NCBI GenBank assembly: GCA_963695895.1
Contig: CAVOIK010000015.1
Location: forward strand, 38,400 to 102,399
Direction: 5' to 3'
Length of the DNA stretch: 64,000 bases
DNA from: an uncultured delta proteobacterium
GTDB taxonomy: Bacteria > Desulfobacterota > BSN033 > UBA1163
In this document: in pieces, positions 1-10,797 of the stretch
Layout: every line of letters begins with the position of its first letter
Position numbering within the stretch: position 1 is the first letter of the stretch
Notes under the pieces: model-generated
What the model saw: only the letters and a program-made list of their open reading frames with translations
The model's database searches: none
Told to the model about the DNA's origin: nothing
Position numbers and translations under genes: made by a program

Positions 1-832
1 AAGGCCCAAGTCGTCGCCGTCCTTGGGACGACCCAAGAAACGAGCCTCCGGGCAGCGTCTGCTCTTGAAAAATACGGGATTGCATCGACTCCTTACTCGA
101 ATTTCGATGACATGGTGGATCAGAGAGAGACCGGACGTTCTGGTGATCGCTTCGCCCGCGTCGACCCACTATGACTATCTGGCCAGAGGCTTGGAATCGG
201 GACTACATGTCTTCTGTGAGAAACCTTTTATTTGGAGTGTGGCTGGGCATCTGGAAAAGGCAGTGAGTCATGTGTTGAACAGGGCTCGCGAAAAACAGCT
301 CACCCTGGCCATGAATTCCCAGTTGCCTTTTACCCTGAACGATTATGAGAAACTGTGCGGGAAGATGGAACAGAGAGAGTCCAATAGGTTCTACGCGGCG
401 ATGTCACCCTTTGCTTCTGGCGCTGAGATGATTCCTGACGCAATGCCTCACGTGTTGAGCCTGCTCTATGCTGTCTTTGGAGAGGGAAAGGTGAGAAACG
501 TTCGGTTCGAGTCCACGACTCCGAGGGACCTGAAGATCGAGTTCCAATACGTGGGCTCATCCGGAATCTGTGAGACTCGGGTTGAGCTGGCGAGTCAAGA
601 GAGACAACCGAGGCCTTTTCGCTTTGGCTGGAACGGAAAGATTGTGAGCCGGAGCTTCGATCTTGCGAACTACGACATTTATTTCAATTACGAAGGCCAA
701 AGACTGAAGATCCAAGATCCCCTGGAGGCATCGGTTGTCAATTTCATCGAGGCCGTGGAAAGGAAAGTGGAGCCCCTGATTGGAAGCCGCCACATCTTGA
801 ACAACTACGGTTCTGTTGAAAGAGATTTTTGA
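1..832 (+). pseudogene. Gfo/Idh/MocA-family NAD(P)-dependent oxidoreductase, 5' partial (starts before window), apparent +1 frameshift near nt ~122
   Basis: Frame 1 from nt 1 reads ...VVAVLGTTQETSLRAASALEKYGIASTPYSNFDDMVDQRE, a typical Gfo/Idh/MocA N-terminal Rossmann region. Frame 2 (ORF 23..832) then continues PDVLVIASPASTHYDYLARGLESGLHVFCEKPF..., the conserved EKP motif. The frame switch sits in a gagagag run. Confidence 0.55.
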
Positions 833-973
833 TCAGTATGGAAAGGCCTGAGACAAGTATGGAGAATCCCGCTGCGAGGGAACATGATTTTGGCTCAAAA
901 CTGAGGCAAGACTCAGTGGTAAAGAGGCTTCAGGACTACGTGTGCTGGCAGAGGAACGTGAGAACCCACCCTG

Positions 974-2074
974 ATGGAGACACCCCCAGACTTCGGTCCT
1001 GTCTCCATCAACCTGGATCTGACGCAGGCCTGTAACTTTTCGTGCCCCTTCTGTGTGGATTCCTCGATCATCAACAGTGGCAAGTCATTCGACCTGGAGA
1101 CGATCAAGGAGACCCTCGCGATTTTACATGCCAAAGGCCTTCTATCGGTGATTCTCTTGGGAGGTGGAGAGCCAACGCTTCATAAGGATTTTGTGGCGGT
1201 TGTTCAAGACATAAAGAAGAGACAGCTCCAGGTTGGAATCGTGACCAACGGGACAAAACTGGACCGGGTTGCAGAAGTCGTGGGACTGTTAAATGAGAAG
1301 GATTGGATTCGGATTTCTCTCGACGCCGCCCGAGAAGAGACCTTTAAGGCGCTGCATCGACCGAAGACCAAGGTGACCCTGAAGCGGATCTTAGGACAGG
1401 CACAAAAGATCAAACAGATGAATTCCCAGGTCTCGCTCGGATATTCCTTTGTCATCATCTGGAACGGTGTCCAGTTCCAGGGGAAAGAACTGCCGTCCAA
1501 TCTTGATGAGATGTCTGAGGCGGTGACGCTGGCCAGAGAACACTCTTTCGACTATGTCTCGTTCAAGCCGTGCCTGGTTCGCCTCGAAAGCTCCCAGAGG
1601 GAATCTCTTCTGGATCACGTCGATGAGAATCAGGAGAGGACGATCGTCGAAGCCATCAGAGTTCGTTTGGAGGAAGCCAAGAAGGCGGCAACGGATCAGA
1701 TCAAGATTCTCGAAAGCATTAATCTCAAGGCCATGCTGAATTACGAGACAGGGACCCTTAAGAAGCAGCCTCGACGATGCCACATGCAATTCTTCAGAAC
1801 GGTGGTTACGCCCATCGGTATTTTTCACTGCCCCGCCTTTCGGGGCGTGGAGAAGGGAAAGATTGGCGAAGAGGACGGATACGCAAGCGATTCAAAATTC
1901 GGTGAGAGTTTGGTGAGAACCGGAGCATCGATCCAGACCTTCGATGCTGAAGAGGAATGTCACGAGGTGGGCTGTTTCTACCACCCAACGAATTGGTGGC
2001 TCGAAGAGCTGATTCGGTCCGGCACGGACATGCGTGAGATCACCCACGTGGAGGATGACAATTTTTTCCTTTGA
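974..2074 (+). CDS. radical SAM domain protein (CxxxCxxC; Cys-rich C-terminal half, possible SPASM/twitch-like)
   Basis: 366-aa ORF with LTQACNFSCPFCVDS (C-x3-C-x2-C) near the N-terminus and GGGEPTL. The C-terminal half has five more Cys (KPC, RRCHMQ, FHCPAF, ECHEVGCFYH). Confidence 0.6.
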   Translation: METPPDFGPVSINLDLTQACNFSCPFCVDSSIINSGKSFDLETIKETLAILHAKGLLSVILLGGGEPTLHKDFVAVVQDIKKRQLQVGIVTNGTKLDRVAEVVGLLNEKDWIRISLDAAREETFKALHRPKTKVTLKRILGQAQKIKQMNSQVSLGYSFVIIWNGVQFQGKELPSNLDEMSEAVTLAREHSFDYVSFKPCLVRLESSQRESLLDHVDENQERTIVEAIRVRLEEAKKAATDQIKILESINLKAMLNYETGTLKKQPRRCHMQFFRTVVTPIGIFHCPAFRGVEKGKIGEEDGYASDSKFGESLVRTGASIQTFDAEEECHEVGCFYHPTNWWLEELIRSGTDMREITHVEDDNFFL

Positions 2075-2078
2075 TCGG

Positions 2079-3199
2079 ATGACGGACATTAGGAAGATAT
2101 GCGTGCTCCACCTGAATCAGATTGGAGATCTGGTCTTTTCCTTGCCCTTTCTCAAAGCATTGAGAGAGTTTTATCCGAGGGCAGAGATCCATTCGGTGGT
2201 GAGGCCCCACCTTGGAGAATTGCTACAGAACTCTCCCCACATCGACATGGCCGTTAAAGAAAACGGGGGATTCTAAATGACCTTCGTCTCCTCTCTGAGA
2301 TTCGGCGAACCGGATATGACGTCGTGATCTCTCTTTCCGATTCTCCGTCTTGCCTTATGATCGCCGGACTGAGCGGAGCCAAGGGGAGGGTTGGATTTAG
2401 ACATTTCCCGTGGGATGCGGGGCTCAATGTGAGGGAGGTCCCAGAAGGTTACCACAGCTGGCACAATGATCTTAAATTCCTAAAGAGATTAAATATCCCC
2501 GTGGCTCAGATGGATTATGTCGGACTTCTCACTTTGCGTGAACGGAAAGATGCTGAAGGATCGATGGAATCCTGGTGGTCCAGGATCGGGGATCATTATG
2601 TCGTTCTGGCCCCAGGGACCTCCGTGCGAAGAGGGATGAAGGCCTGGGAAGAGAAGAAATTTGGAGAGTTGATTGCTCTTCTGAAGAAAACCTACGGTTT
2701 CACACCGTTGCTGGTCGGTGATGAAAAAGATCGTGAGGGAAATGAGAGAGTCATTGAAGAGGCGAAACAGAGAGACAGGGATGGAAAGATAGATTCCATC
2801 GTCAATCTCGCTGGCAAAACCAATCTGGTGGCCCTGTGCCAATTGCTAAAGCGAGCAAGTCTTTTTGTCGGCGTCGATTCAGGGATCATGCACCTTGCCT
2901 CCTCATTGGACATTCCTGTAGTGGGTATTTTCGGGCCCACCGACCCTTCCCAGGTGGGTCCCCAGAATAAGAAAAGTGTGGTGGTCCAAAAGAAGGAGAT
3001 GGAGTGCGTTCCATGTGACTTGAAGGGGTGTAAAGAGAGAGGGTGCCTGACAGGACTGGACGTGAAAGAGGTCTTTGACGCATGTAAGCAGGTGTTGAGT
3101 CGCTGGAGCCCCAAGGATCAAAGCCGTGGCCGCTCCTGTAAGGCTCCTGTGGGGCGACATCGCGGCCATAGCTGGGGCAACTTCTGTATGCCGGGGTAG
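2079..3199 (+). pseudogene. glycosyltransferase family 9 (LPS heptosyltransferase, RfaF/WaaC/WaaQ-like), frame disrupted at G5 run ~nt 2262-2271
   Basis: N-terminus MTDIRKICVLHLNQIGDLVFSLPFLKALREFYPRAEIHSVV in frame 0 ends at a stop at 2274. Frame 2 continues DLRLLSEIRRTGYDVVISLSDS...LAGKTNLVALCQLLKRASLFVGVDSGIMHLASSLDIPVVGIFGPTDP, the GT9 hallmark. Consistent with a 1-nt deletion or 2-nt insertion in aaaacggggga. Confidence 0.6.
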
Positions 3200-3208
3200 G
3201 GAGAAAGA

Positions 3209-3998
3209 ATGGGAAGACCAGACGAGAGACCCAAGATCTCGGTCTACATGATCACCCGCAACAATGAGCGGACCGTGGAAAGGGCGTTGGCGAAGCGTCA
3301 CGTGGGCGGATGAGATCGTGGTGGTCGATTCCTTCAGCACCGATAAGACCCCGGAGATCTGCCGGAGGTTTACGGACAGGGTGATTCAGAGGCCGTGGCC
3401 AGGGTTTCGGGAACAGTATCAGCATGCGGCAGATCTGACGACTCACCCATGGGTCATGTTTATCGATGCGGACGAAGAGGTCTCTCAGGAATTGGCCGAG
3501 GAGATTCAACGCGTCGTGAAGGAAGGGGGAAAGAGCTTCGATGGGTTCATCATCTACCGTCGAACCTACTATCTCGGACGATGGATTCGGCATGGAGCAT
3601 GGTACCCGGACTATGAGATTCGTCTGTACCGCAGGGAGAAGGGGAGATGGGAAGGAGGACTCCACGCGAAGATTGTGGTCGATGGGAAGGTGGGTTCTCT
3701 CAAGCATGAGGTTCTCCACACCACTTATCGGGACATTTCCGATCAGATTCACACCCTTGATCTCTATTCACGGATTGAAGCGGAGGATATGTTCAAAGCT
3801 GGAGAGAGGTTCAGTCTTTTCAAGCTCCTCTTCCGTCCTCCCTTTCGATGGATCAAAGAGTATCTTTTTAAACAAGGCTTTCGGGATGGAATTCCCGGAT
3901 TAGTCATCATCGTCGCAACGATGTTCTATGTCTTTATCAAACACGCCAAACTCTGGGAGTTGACCCACGTGAAGAAAGAGGGGGGAGATGGCTGCTGA
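3209..3998 (+). pseudogene. glycosyltransferase family 2 (LPS core-type GT2), apparent +1 frameshift ~nt 3293
   Basis: Frame A reads MGRPDERPKISVYMITRNNERTVERALAKRHVGG* and frame B (ORF 3264..3998) reads WADEIVVVDSFSTDKTPEICRRF...GFIIYRRTYYLGRW. Removing one A at gcgAAgcg restores ...ERALASVTWADEIVVVDS. Confidence 0.6.
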
Positions 3999-4981
3999 CG
4001 GAAGAGTGTTTGAGGGAAAGAAAGTGTTGGTGACCGGCGGGCTGGGGTTTATCGGGTCCAATCTAGCAACCCGACTTGTGGGGTTTGGGGCAGAGGTGTT
4101 GTTGGTGGATAGTCTGATCCCGGAATATGGCGGTCATCTGTTCAACATTCAACATGTGAGAGAAAGAGTGCGCGTCAATATTTCGGATGTCCGGGATGAA
4201 CACAGCATGCGCTACCTCGTGCAGGGCGAGGATTTTTTGTTCAACCTGGCGGGTCAAACGAGCCATCTCGACTCGATGACAGATCCCTACTACGGACTTG
4301 GAGATCAACGCGCGGGCACAGCTTTCGATTCTCGAATGTTGCCGAAAATATAATCCCGGTCTCAAGATCGTTTTTGCAAGCACTCGCCAGATTTATGGCA
4401 AGCCGGAATATCTGCCCGTGAATGAAAGCCATCCACTCCGTCCGGTCGATGTAAACGGCATCCACAAGATGGCAGGAGAATGCTACCATCTCCTTTATCA
4501 CACTGTTTATGGGATTCGGTCCTGCGTGCTTCGGCTCACAAACACCTACGGTCCCCGGATGCGAGTCAAGGATGCCCGTCAGACCTTCTTAGGAATCTGG
4601 ATTCGACAACTGATGGAGAACAAGCCCTTTGAAGTCTGGGACGGCACTCAACTCAGGGACTTCACTTATGTGGATGATGCGGTGGATGCGCTGCTGATGG
4701 CGGCAGGGAGCGACCCTGTCGGCGGCCACGTGTTCAACCTCGGTGGGGATTGTGTCATCAGCCTGAAGGACCTGGCAGACCTCCTGATTGAAATCCATGG
4801 AGGCGGCGAATACGTCCTTCGGTCCTTCCCGCCCAACCGTAAGCAGATTGACATTGGCAATTACTATGCGGACTTCAGCCGTATCCGAGACGTCTTGAAT
4901 TGGCGGCCCACGATCTCACTTCGGGAGGGACTGACGAGGACGTTGGCCTTTTACCGTGAGCATCTTTCCCGTTATATTTAG
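3988..4981 (+). pseudogene. NAD-dependent epimerase/dehydratase (extended SDR), apparent +1 frameshift ~nt 4300
   Basis: N-terminal ORF KVLVTGGLGFIGSNLATRL...SHLDSMTDPYYGL and the second ORF (4298..4981) EINARAQLSILECCRKYNPGLKIVFASTRQIYG...NTYGP are one SDR epimerase split in cttgGag. Confidence 0.6.
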
Positions 4982-4986
4982 GTCCT

Positions 4987-6118
4987 GTGATGAACGATTC
5001 CATTAGAATTCCCCAGGTTGACCCAAGAGCGAGTTATCTGGCCCACAAAGATGAGATCGATGCGGCGATTGCGCGGGTGTTGGCGAGTGGTCGATACATC
5101 CTAGGGCAGGAAGTCGCCACGTTTGAACAGGAGTTTGCAGATTACATCGGGGTGAAATTTGGAATCGGTGTCGGAAGTGGCACGGATGCTCTGCACTTGG
5201 CGTTGCGAGCCTGCGGGGTTAGGGCAGGGGATGAGGTGATCACGGTGTCGCACACGGCCGTCGCCACCGCAGCGGCGATTGAGCTATCCGGAGCCAGAGC
5301 CTGTCTTTGTCGATATTGAACCGGACACGTTCCTAATGAGCCCGAACTGGATTGAAAAAGCGATAACGCCTCACACCAAAGCGATTCTCCCTGTCCACCT
5401 CTATGGCAATGTCGCAGAGATGGAGAGGATTTTAGATGTAGCAAATCACTATGGACTTCATGTCATTGAAGACTGTGCCCAATCTCATGGAGCCAGGTAC
5501 AAGGAGCGTCGGAGCGGTGCTTGGGGGACCGTAGCGGCCTTCAGCTTCTATCCCACGAAGAACTTGGGAGCCCTTGGAGACGGCGGAATGGTGGTCACGA
5601 ACGATTCTGAACTTGCGACACGAGTTCGTTCTCTACGGGAGTACGGGTGGCATCAGCGCTATGTCAGTGAAACAGCAGGGGTGAACTCACGCTTGGATGA
5701 GTTACAGGCAGCTGTGCTTCGGGTGAAACTGAAGTATCTGGATGGGTCGAATGAAGAGAGAAGGAGAAAGGCGCTGCTCTATACCCAGAGGCTTCAGGGT
5801 GCGGATGTCCGGTGCCCCGCCGTCAGGAAGCATGTCGATTCCGTTTATCACCTGTATGTGATCCGAACAATAGAGAGAGATTCGTTGGGGGCTTTCTTGA
5901 GGGATCGAGGGATCCAAACCCTCATTCATTATCCTGTTCCCGTTCATCTCCAGAACGCCTACAAAAAGTTGGGATACGGGACAGGAGACCTTCCCGTGAC
6001 CGAAGAGGTCTCTCGACAGATCCTGTCACTTCCTCTCTATCCAGAGATGCCAGAATCGGAAATCGAAGAGGTATCGTCCCAGATAGAGAATTTCTTCAAG
6101 AAGTATCCTGCGAAATGA
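4987..6118 (+). pseudogene. DegT/DnrJ/EryC1/StrS-family sugar aminotransferase (WbpE/PglE/ArnB-like), apparent +1 frameshift ~nt 5296
   Basis: ORF 4987..5319 ends ...VITVSHTAVATAAAIELSGA and ORF 5279..6118 continues EPVFVDIEPDTF...FSFYPTKNLGALGDGGMVVTND. One extra A in gccAgag. Confidence 0.6.
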
Positions 6119-6210
6119 AGCTCCCCGCCCCTACCTGCCTGCGGAAGCCAGGGGGGGAATTCACATACACAACGAATCAGTCCGAAATTGGCATGGTTCC
6201 GCTCGAACAG

Positions 6211-7372
6211 ATGAATCCAATAAGATTTGCAACGGCGATTCGGCAGTTCTCAAAAGAGAGAGGAGGAATGGAAAGGTATCTGGTCGGGCTGTGCGACCGC
6301 ATGGTAGAAGAGGGGTTTGAGGTTCATGTGTACACGGAACGCTGGACTGAGGAAAACCCCAAGATCCATTTCCACCCTGTCAGAACGATTCCCTTTCCGA
6401 AAAGCCTTCGCCTCCTCTCCTTTGCGGTCAGGGCCACTCGTGAAATCGAGAGAGGGAGACTACCATCTGTCGTTAGGCGTCGGGACACACTCTTAGAGCA
6501 GATGTCTTCCAGCCGCACGGAGGGGTCCATTGGGCATGGTTCTGGCGCAGTCTGCAGGCTTATGACCGTCGTGTCCTCTGGATCCTAAGATTTCTCGGAA
6601 GAATTCTCAGTCCTGGCCAATGGGCCAGTGGTTGGATCGAAGGTGCACCGTACAGACAGAAGAAGCCTCCCAAGGTCATTGCGATCTCAGACATGGTCAA
6701 GGAAGATATCCTTCACTGGTACGCCATTCCGGAAGAGAAGATTACCGTCATCTACAATGGTGTCGATCTCAAACGGTTCTCCCCCGAGAATCGGCAATAC
6801 CGGGATTCGATAAGAAAGAGGCACGGCTTAGGGGAGGAGAAGGTTATTCTTTTTGTTTCCAATAATTTTAGGATGAAAGGGTTAGCTCACCTGATGGAGG
6901 CCCTGGCTCTCCTTAAGAAGGAAGGAGGTGCCTCCGTTGAAACTCTTGGTCTTGGGAAGAGACCGGAAGGCTCCTTTCTTAGCGTCTGGCCACAAAGCTT
7001 CGGGATTTCTCGAAGAGGTCCTCTTTGCCGGGAGCACGGCCGAACCTGAAAAATATTATGGTGCAGCCGACCTCCTTGTCCACCCTACGTTCTACGATGC
7101 CTGTTCCCTAACCGTCATTGAAGCTCTGTCGAGCGGCCTGCCGGTCCTTACCAGCTCGGCCAATGGGGCGAGCGGAATCGCGCAATCAAGGGGAAAGGGT
7201 CCGGGTGATTGAGGATCCCAAGAAGGTGGATCAGATGAGCCAAGCGATCAGGGATCTCCTTGTTGAAGGGGGTTCACCTGTTAGAAGTCGTGTCGAGTCT
7301 TTCTCGGAGGAGCGAAACTACAGGCAGATGTCGGAGGTTTTTAGGCAGGTCGCGAGAGGTCGAAGAGGATAG
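6211..7372 (+). pseudogene. glycosyltransferase family 4 (GT-B, group 1), at least 4 frameshifts (~6457, ~6485, ~6929, ~7200)
   Basis: Pieces in three frames join into one GT4: MNPIRFATAIRQFSKERGGMERYLVGL...REIERG / DYHLSLGV / GHTLRADVFQPHGGVHWAWF...KVIAISDMVKEDILHWYAIPEEKITVIYNGVDLKRF...LLKKEGG / PPLKLLVLGRDRKAPFLA...LFAGSTAEPEKYYGAADLLVHPTFYDACSLTVIEALSSGLPVLTSSANGASGIA / RVRVIEDPKKVDQMSQAIRDLL. Confidence 0.55.
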
Positions 7373-7429
7373 AAGAGCTCCGGGGGTCAACGAAATTAGC
7401 GAGGAGCGGATCAATATGAGGACAGTGGG

Positions 7430-8047
7430 ATGAATTGGAGCGAACAAGTTCTGTGGCGGGAGAGAATTCATCGTCGATACCCGGAGATTTGGAATCTGAA
7501 GGTTGTAAGGAAGCGACTCCCATTCATCCTGAAGTATGTGAGGGAGGGCGAATCCATTCTTGACGTAGGAGCCTTCGATCGCGCCTTGGGAGAGCGGATT
7601 AGAAGCCGTTGCCCCTCGGTGCGTTACAAAAGTATGGATATTGATTCCACCTACCCGCATGACTATTACTCACTCGAGGAGATTCGGGAGACCTTCGACG
7701 TGATTCTCTTGTTTGAAGTGATTGAGCATCTGGATCTGGAACAAGGCAGAGCCATGATGGCGAGGATCTTCCAGATCTTGAATGGCGGGGGGAGGGTCAT
7801 CTTGAGCACCCCGAACGTCTACACCCCTGGACATTACTGGAAAGATGTCTCTCATCTGACGCCATACCATTACGATGAACTAGGCGGATTGTTGCTCAGT
7901 CAAGGATTTGAGGTTGTTGAAATCTGTCGGTACTTTCACGACGCATTCTTACGGTTTTTTTTGAAAGTTCATCTCCTACACCCTGTCTTCCGATTGATGG
8001 GTGTTGATTTTTCTCAATCAATTTTTCTGGTGGCGAAAAAAGCATGA
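7430..8047 (+). CDS. class I SAM-dependent methyltransferase
   Basis: 205-aa intact ORF with ILDVGAFDRALGERI (SAM-binding motif I-like) and GGRVILSTPN. Stop overlaps the next start (ATGA). Confidence 0.5.
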   Translation: MNWSEQVLWRERIHRRYPEIWNLKVVRKRLPFILKYVREGESILDVGAFDRALGERIRSRCPSVRYKSMDIDSTYPHDYYSLEEIRETFDVILLFEVIEHLDLEQGRAMMARIFQILNGGGRVILSTPNVYTPGHYWKDVSHLTPYHYDELGGLLLSQGFEVVEICRYFHDAFLRFFLKVHLLHPVFRLMGVDFSQSIFLVAKKA

Positions 8048-9038
8048 AGGTTGGTTTCCTGATTCATGGGTTAGACGTCAGCAGTTGTCGTTATCGGGTC
8101 CTTCAGTATTTGCCGTATTTGAAGGACCACGGGATAGAGACATCGGTCTTGTTCTACCCCAGGACGTGGTTTGCCCGGGTTCAGTTTCCTCGTTTACTGA
8201 CAGAACTCGACCTCCTCTACATTCACAGGAAACTATTCCACCCGCTGGAATTCTGGCTGATCCGAAAGAAGGCCAGAAAGATCATCTACGATTTCGATGA
8301 TGCATTGATGTACAGGAGTTCCGGCCCGAGGGGTCCTCATTCGATCTCGCGACGCACCAAATTCGCTTACATGGCGAGACGGGTGGACACGTTGGTGGCG
8401 GGGAATCAGTTTCTACGATCGGAAGCGCTTCCATATAACTCCCACGTGGAAGTCATTCCCACTTCCATCGATCTCTCGCATTATGGAGTCAAGAACAAGT
8501 TTCATCCTGAAGGACCTCTGATCATTGGGTGGCTTGGAAGCAGCAGCACCTTGAAGTATTTGAAGCTTCTCATGCCGACCCTTGAGGCTCTTTATCAGCA
8601 TTACCCACACTTTCAACTGAAGATCGTTTGCGATCAATTCTTGGAAAGTTCCATCCTCCCTGTGATCAAGAAGCGGTGGTCCCTCGATGAAGAAGGGAGT
8701 TGATTTGCAAGAGCTTCGACATCGGCATCATGCCTCTGGCCGATGATCTCTGGTCCAGGGGAAAGTGTGGGCTAAAAATCCTTCAGTATTACGGCGCCGG
8801 TGTCCCAGCCGTGGTTACTCCCGTGGGAATCAATAGAGATATCGTCAAGGATGGCGTCAATGGCTTCTGGGCTCACCATGAGGAGGAGTGGAAGGATCGC
8901 CTTCTCAGATTAATTCAAGACGGGACGTTGAGGCGAGAGATGGGATTGCGAGGCAGAGAGACTGTGAAAAATGAGTATTCCCTCGAAGTCAATGGACCCC
9001 GAGTTTTGACTGTTCTTCAAAGAACGTCAGCTCTCTGA
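8044..9038 (+). pseudogene. GT-B fold glycosyltransferase (family 1/4-like), frame break ~nt 8698
   Basis: ORF 8044..8703 (...LKIVCDQFLESSILPVIKKRWSLDEEG) and ORF 8700..9038 (LICKSFDIGIMPLADDLWSRGKCGLKILQYYGAGVPAVVTPVGINRDIVKDGVNGF) form one GT-B C-terminal domain. Consistent with -1 or +2 at agaagggagttga. Confidence 0.5.
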
Positions 9039-9084
9039 AAGAGATTATTCGACAAAAGCCTTCGATGACGGGTGAAAGCAGCTC

Positions 9085-10687
9085 ATGAAGTTTTCTTCCG
9101 AAGGAATGAAGGGTTGGATCGAAGACGACATTTTTCATCTTCTTCCGTCCTCCTTCCTCGAAGACCCCTTCCATTCCATCCAAGCTTTGAATGGCCAGTT
9201 GATTAAAGAATCGAAATGGAGACGGGCGGCCTTCGTTATTTTACCGACTGGACAGAAGGTCTTTCTGAAAATCGACAAGAGCAAGGACTGGCTTGAATAT
9301 CTCAAATATCTGATTCTACCCTCGAAGGCACGGAAGGAGTGGCTCGTAGCATATAGTCTGCGAAGACAAAGACTTCCCGTCCCGAAACCGATGGGTTGGA
9401 TCGAAAAACGAAGGCTGGGATCCGTCAAGGAGAGTCTCTACCTCTCAGAAGTGCTTGAAACAGGGGTTTCGGCTTCTGATGAGCTAGGCACACTCCAAAG
9501 CGAATCCATGGTGAGACCCCTGGCAGAGACCCTGAGGCGCTTCCATGATGCCGGGTTGACCCACAACGATTTGCACATCGGGAACTTCTTGTGGGTCAAA
9601 GGGATCTCTTTTTCTCACCGATCTGCATAGTGCCTCGATCCGTAAGGCCACCTCCTTAAAGCAAAGACTATGGAATATAACGCATCTGTTTCATTCTCTC
9701 AGATCGTTTTGGTTGGAAAAGGAACAGAGGGCATTTCTTGAAATCTACTTTGAAAAGGAAATCGGTTCTCTTCAGAAAAGGGAAGTGTTCCTTCGGCAGA
9801 TCCATCACGGCATGGATCGTCTTCAGAGAAGACAGTGGCGTAGCAGGACCAAGAGGTGCCTCAAGAACAGCACGGAGTTTTTGCTCGAAAAGGAAGGGAA
9901 CCTGACGGTTTTCCGCCGGAAGGATTTTCCCCTCGACGAGTTAAAAGCCGCCGTAGAAGGTCATCGGAATCTTGCACGGGAAAAACCTGAGGGTCTGGCT
10001 AAACATTCTCCGAGAGTCATCGTTTCTGTGACTCAGAGGCGAGACAAGAAGCTCGCAGTCAAACAGTTCTGTTATCCTTATCTCTGGGATCGCTTGAAGG
10101 ACTTTCTACGAAGATCCAGGGGACGCAAGGCCTGGATTGGAGGGAATGGGTTAAAGGCGCGAGGCATCTCCTCTGTCCAACCCTTAGCCTTGGTTGAGAC
10201 GAACCATTGGCTAGGGCCAAAGGAAAGTTTTTTCCTGATGGAAACTCTTGAAGGAAGTCAGGAGCTTGATCGGTATGTCTTGCAGGGTCTCGGAGGCTTC
10301 AGAAGAAAGAGAATATTCATTAGGTCCTTTGCCGGGTGGCTTGCAGATCTTTATAATAAAAAAATCTATCACAAGGACATGAAAACCTGTAATTTTTTGG
10401 TGGTTGAGAAACAGAGGTCGTGGGATTTCTATCTTTTGGATCTCGAAGATGTGAGGTTCGGGCAGAGAGTGACGGAGAGGAAGTTGTTCAAGAATTTTTT
10501 CCAGTTGAACACCTCTACGCCCAGAATCATTTCCCGAACGGACCGGTTAAGGTTTGCCAAGGAATGTCTCGGACGGATTCCGGACATCAAGAACGCGAAG
10601 AGGCTGCTGCGTCAGGTGGCTCAGGAGAGCCTGGGGAGGGATGTGGTGTATGTTTCCCCCCATGGCACGGTCGTCGAGAAGCTGTAG
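9085..10687 (+). pseudogene. fused tandem lipopolysaccharide kinase (Kdo/WaaP family) domains; KdkA-like N-half + WaaP/RfaP-like C-half; apparent +1 frameshift ~nt 9600
   Basis: ORF 9085..9630 ends ...RFHDAGLTHNDLHIGNFLWVKG. Frame 2 continues without stops (SLFLTDLHSASIRKATSLKQRLWNITHLFHSL...) into ORF 9713..10687, which holds IYHKDMKTCNFLVVEKQRSWDFYLLDLEDV, a second kinase catalytic motif. Confidence 0.55.
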
Positions 10688-10797
10688 GCAGTAAGAAAAA
10701 GAATTGGCGATGAGACGGATGGGCTTCCACGTTGCTGTTTCAAAGCAGGACGATGGAAGGGTATGACGAGGTCTACTTCTACATTTGAGGAGGTTTT

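Noticed and set aside
829-1035. 68-aa ORF overlapping the radical SAM start, considered as a leader peptide or N-terminal extension
   Set aside because: Different frame from the radical SAM CDS, which has its own ATG at 974, and no recognisable motif. Given the frameshift density an N-terminal extension cannot be excluded, but there is no positive evidence.
5812-6588. 258-aa ORF overlapping the 3' end of the aminotransferase and the GT4 N-terminus
   Set aside because: Its first two thirds are out-of-frame read-through of the aminotransferase gene. Only the last part (MNPIRFATAIRQFSKERGG...) is real GT4 N-terminus, so it is a frameshift chimera rather than an independent gene.
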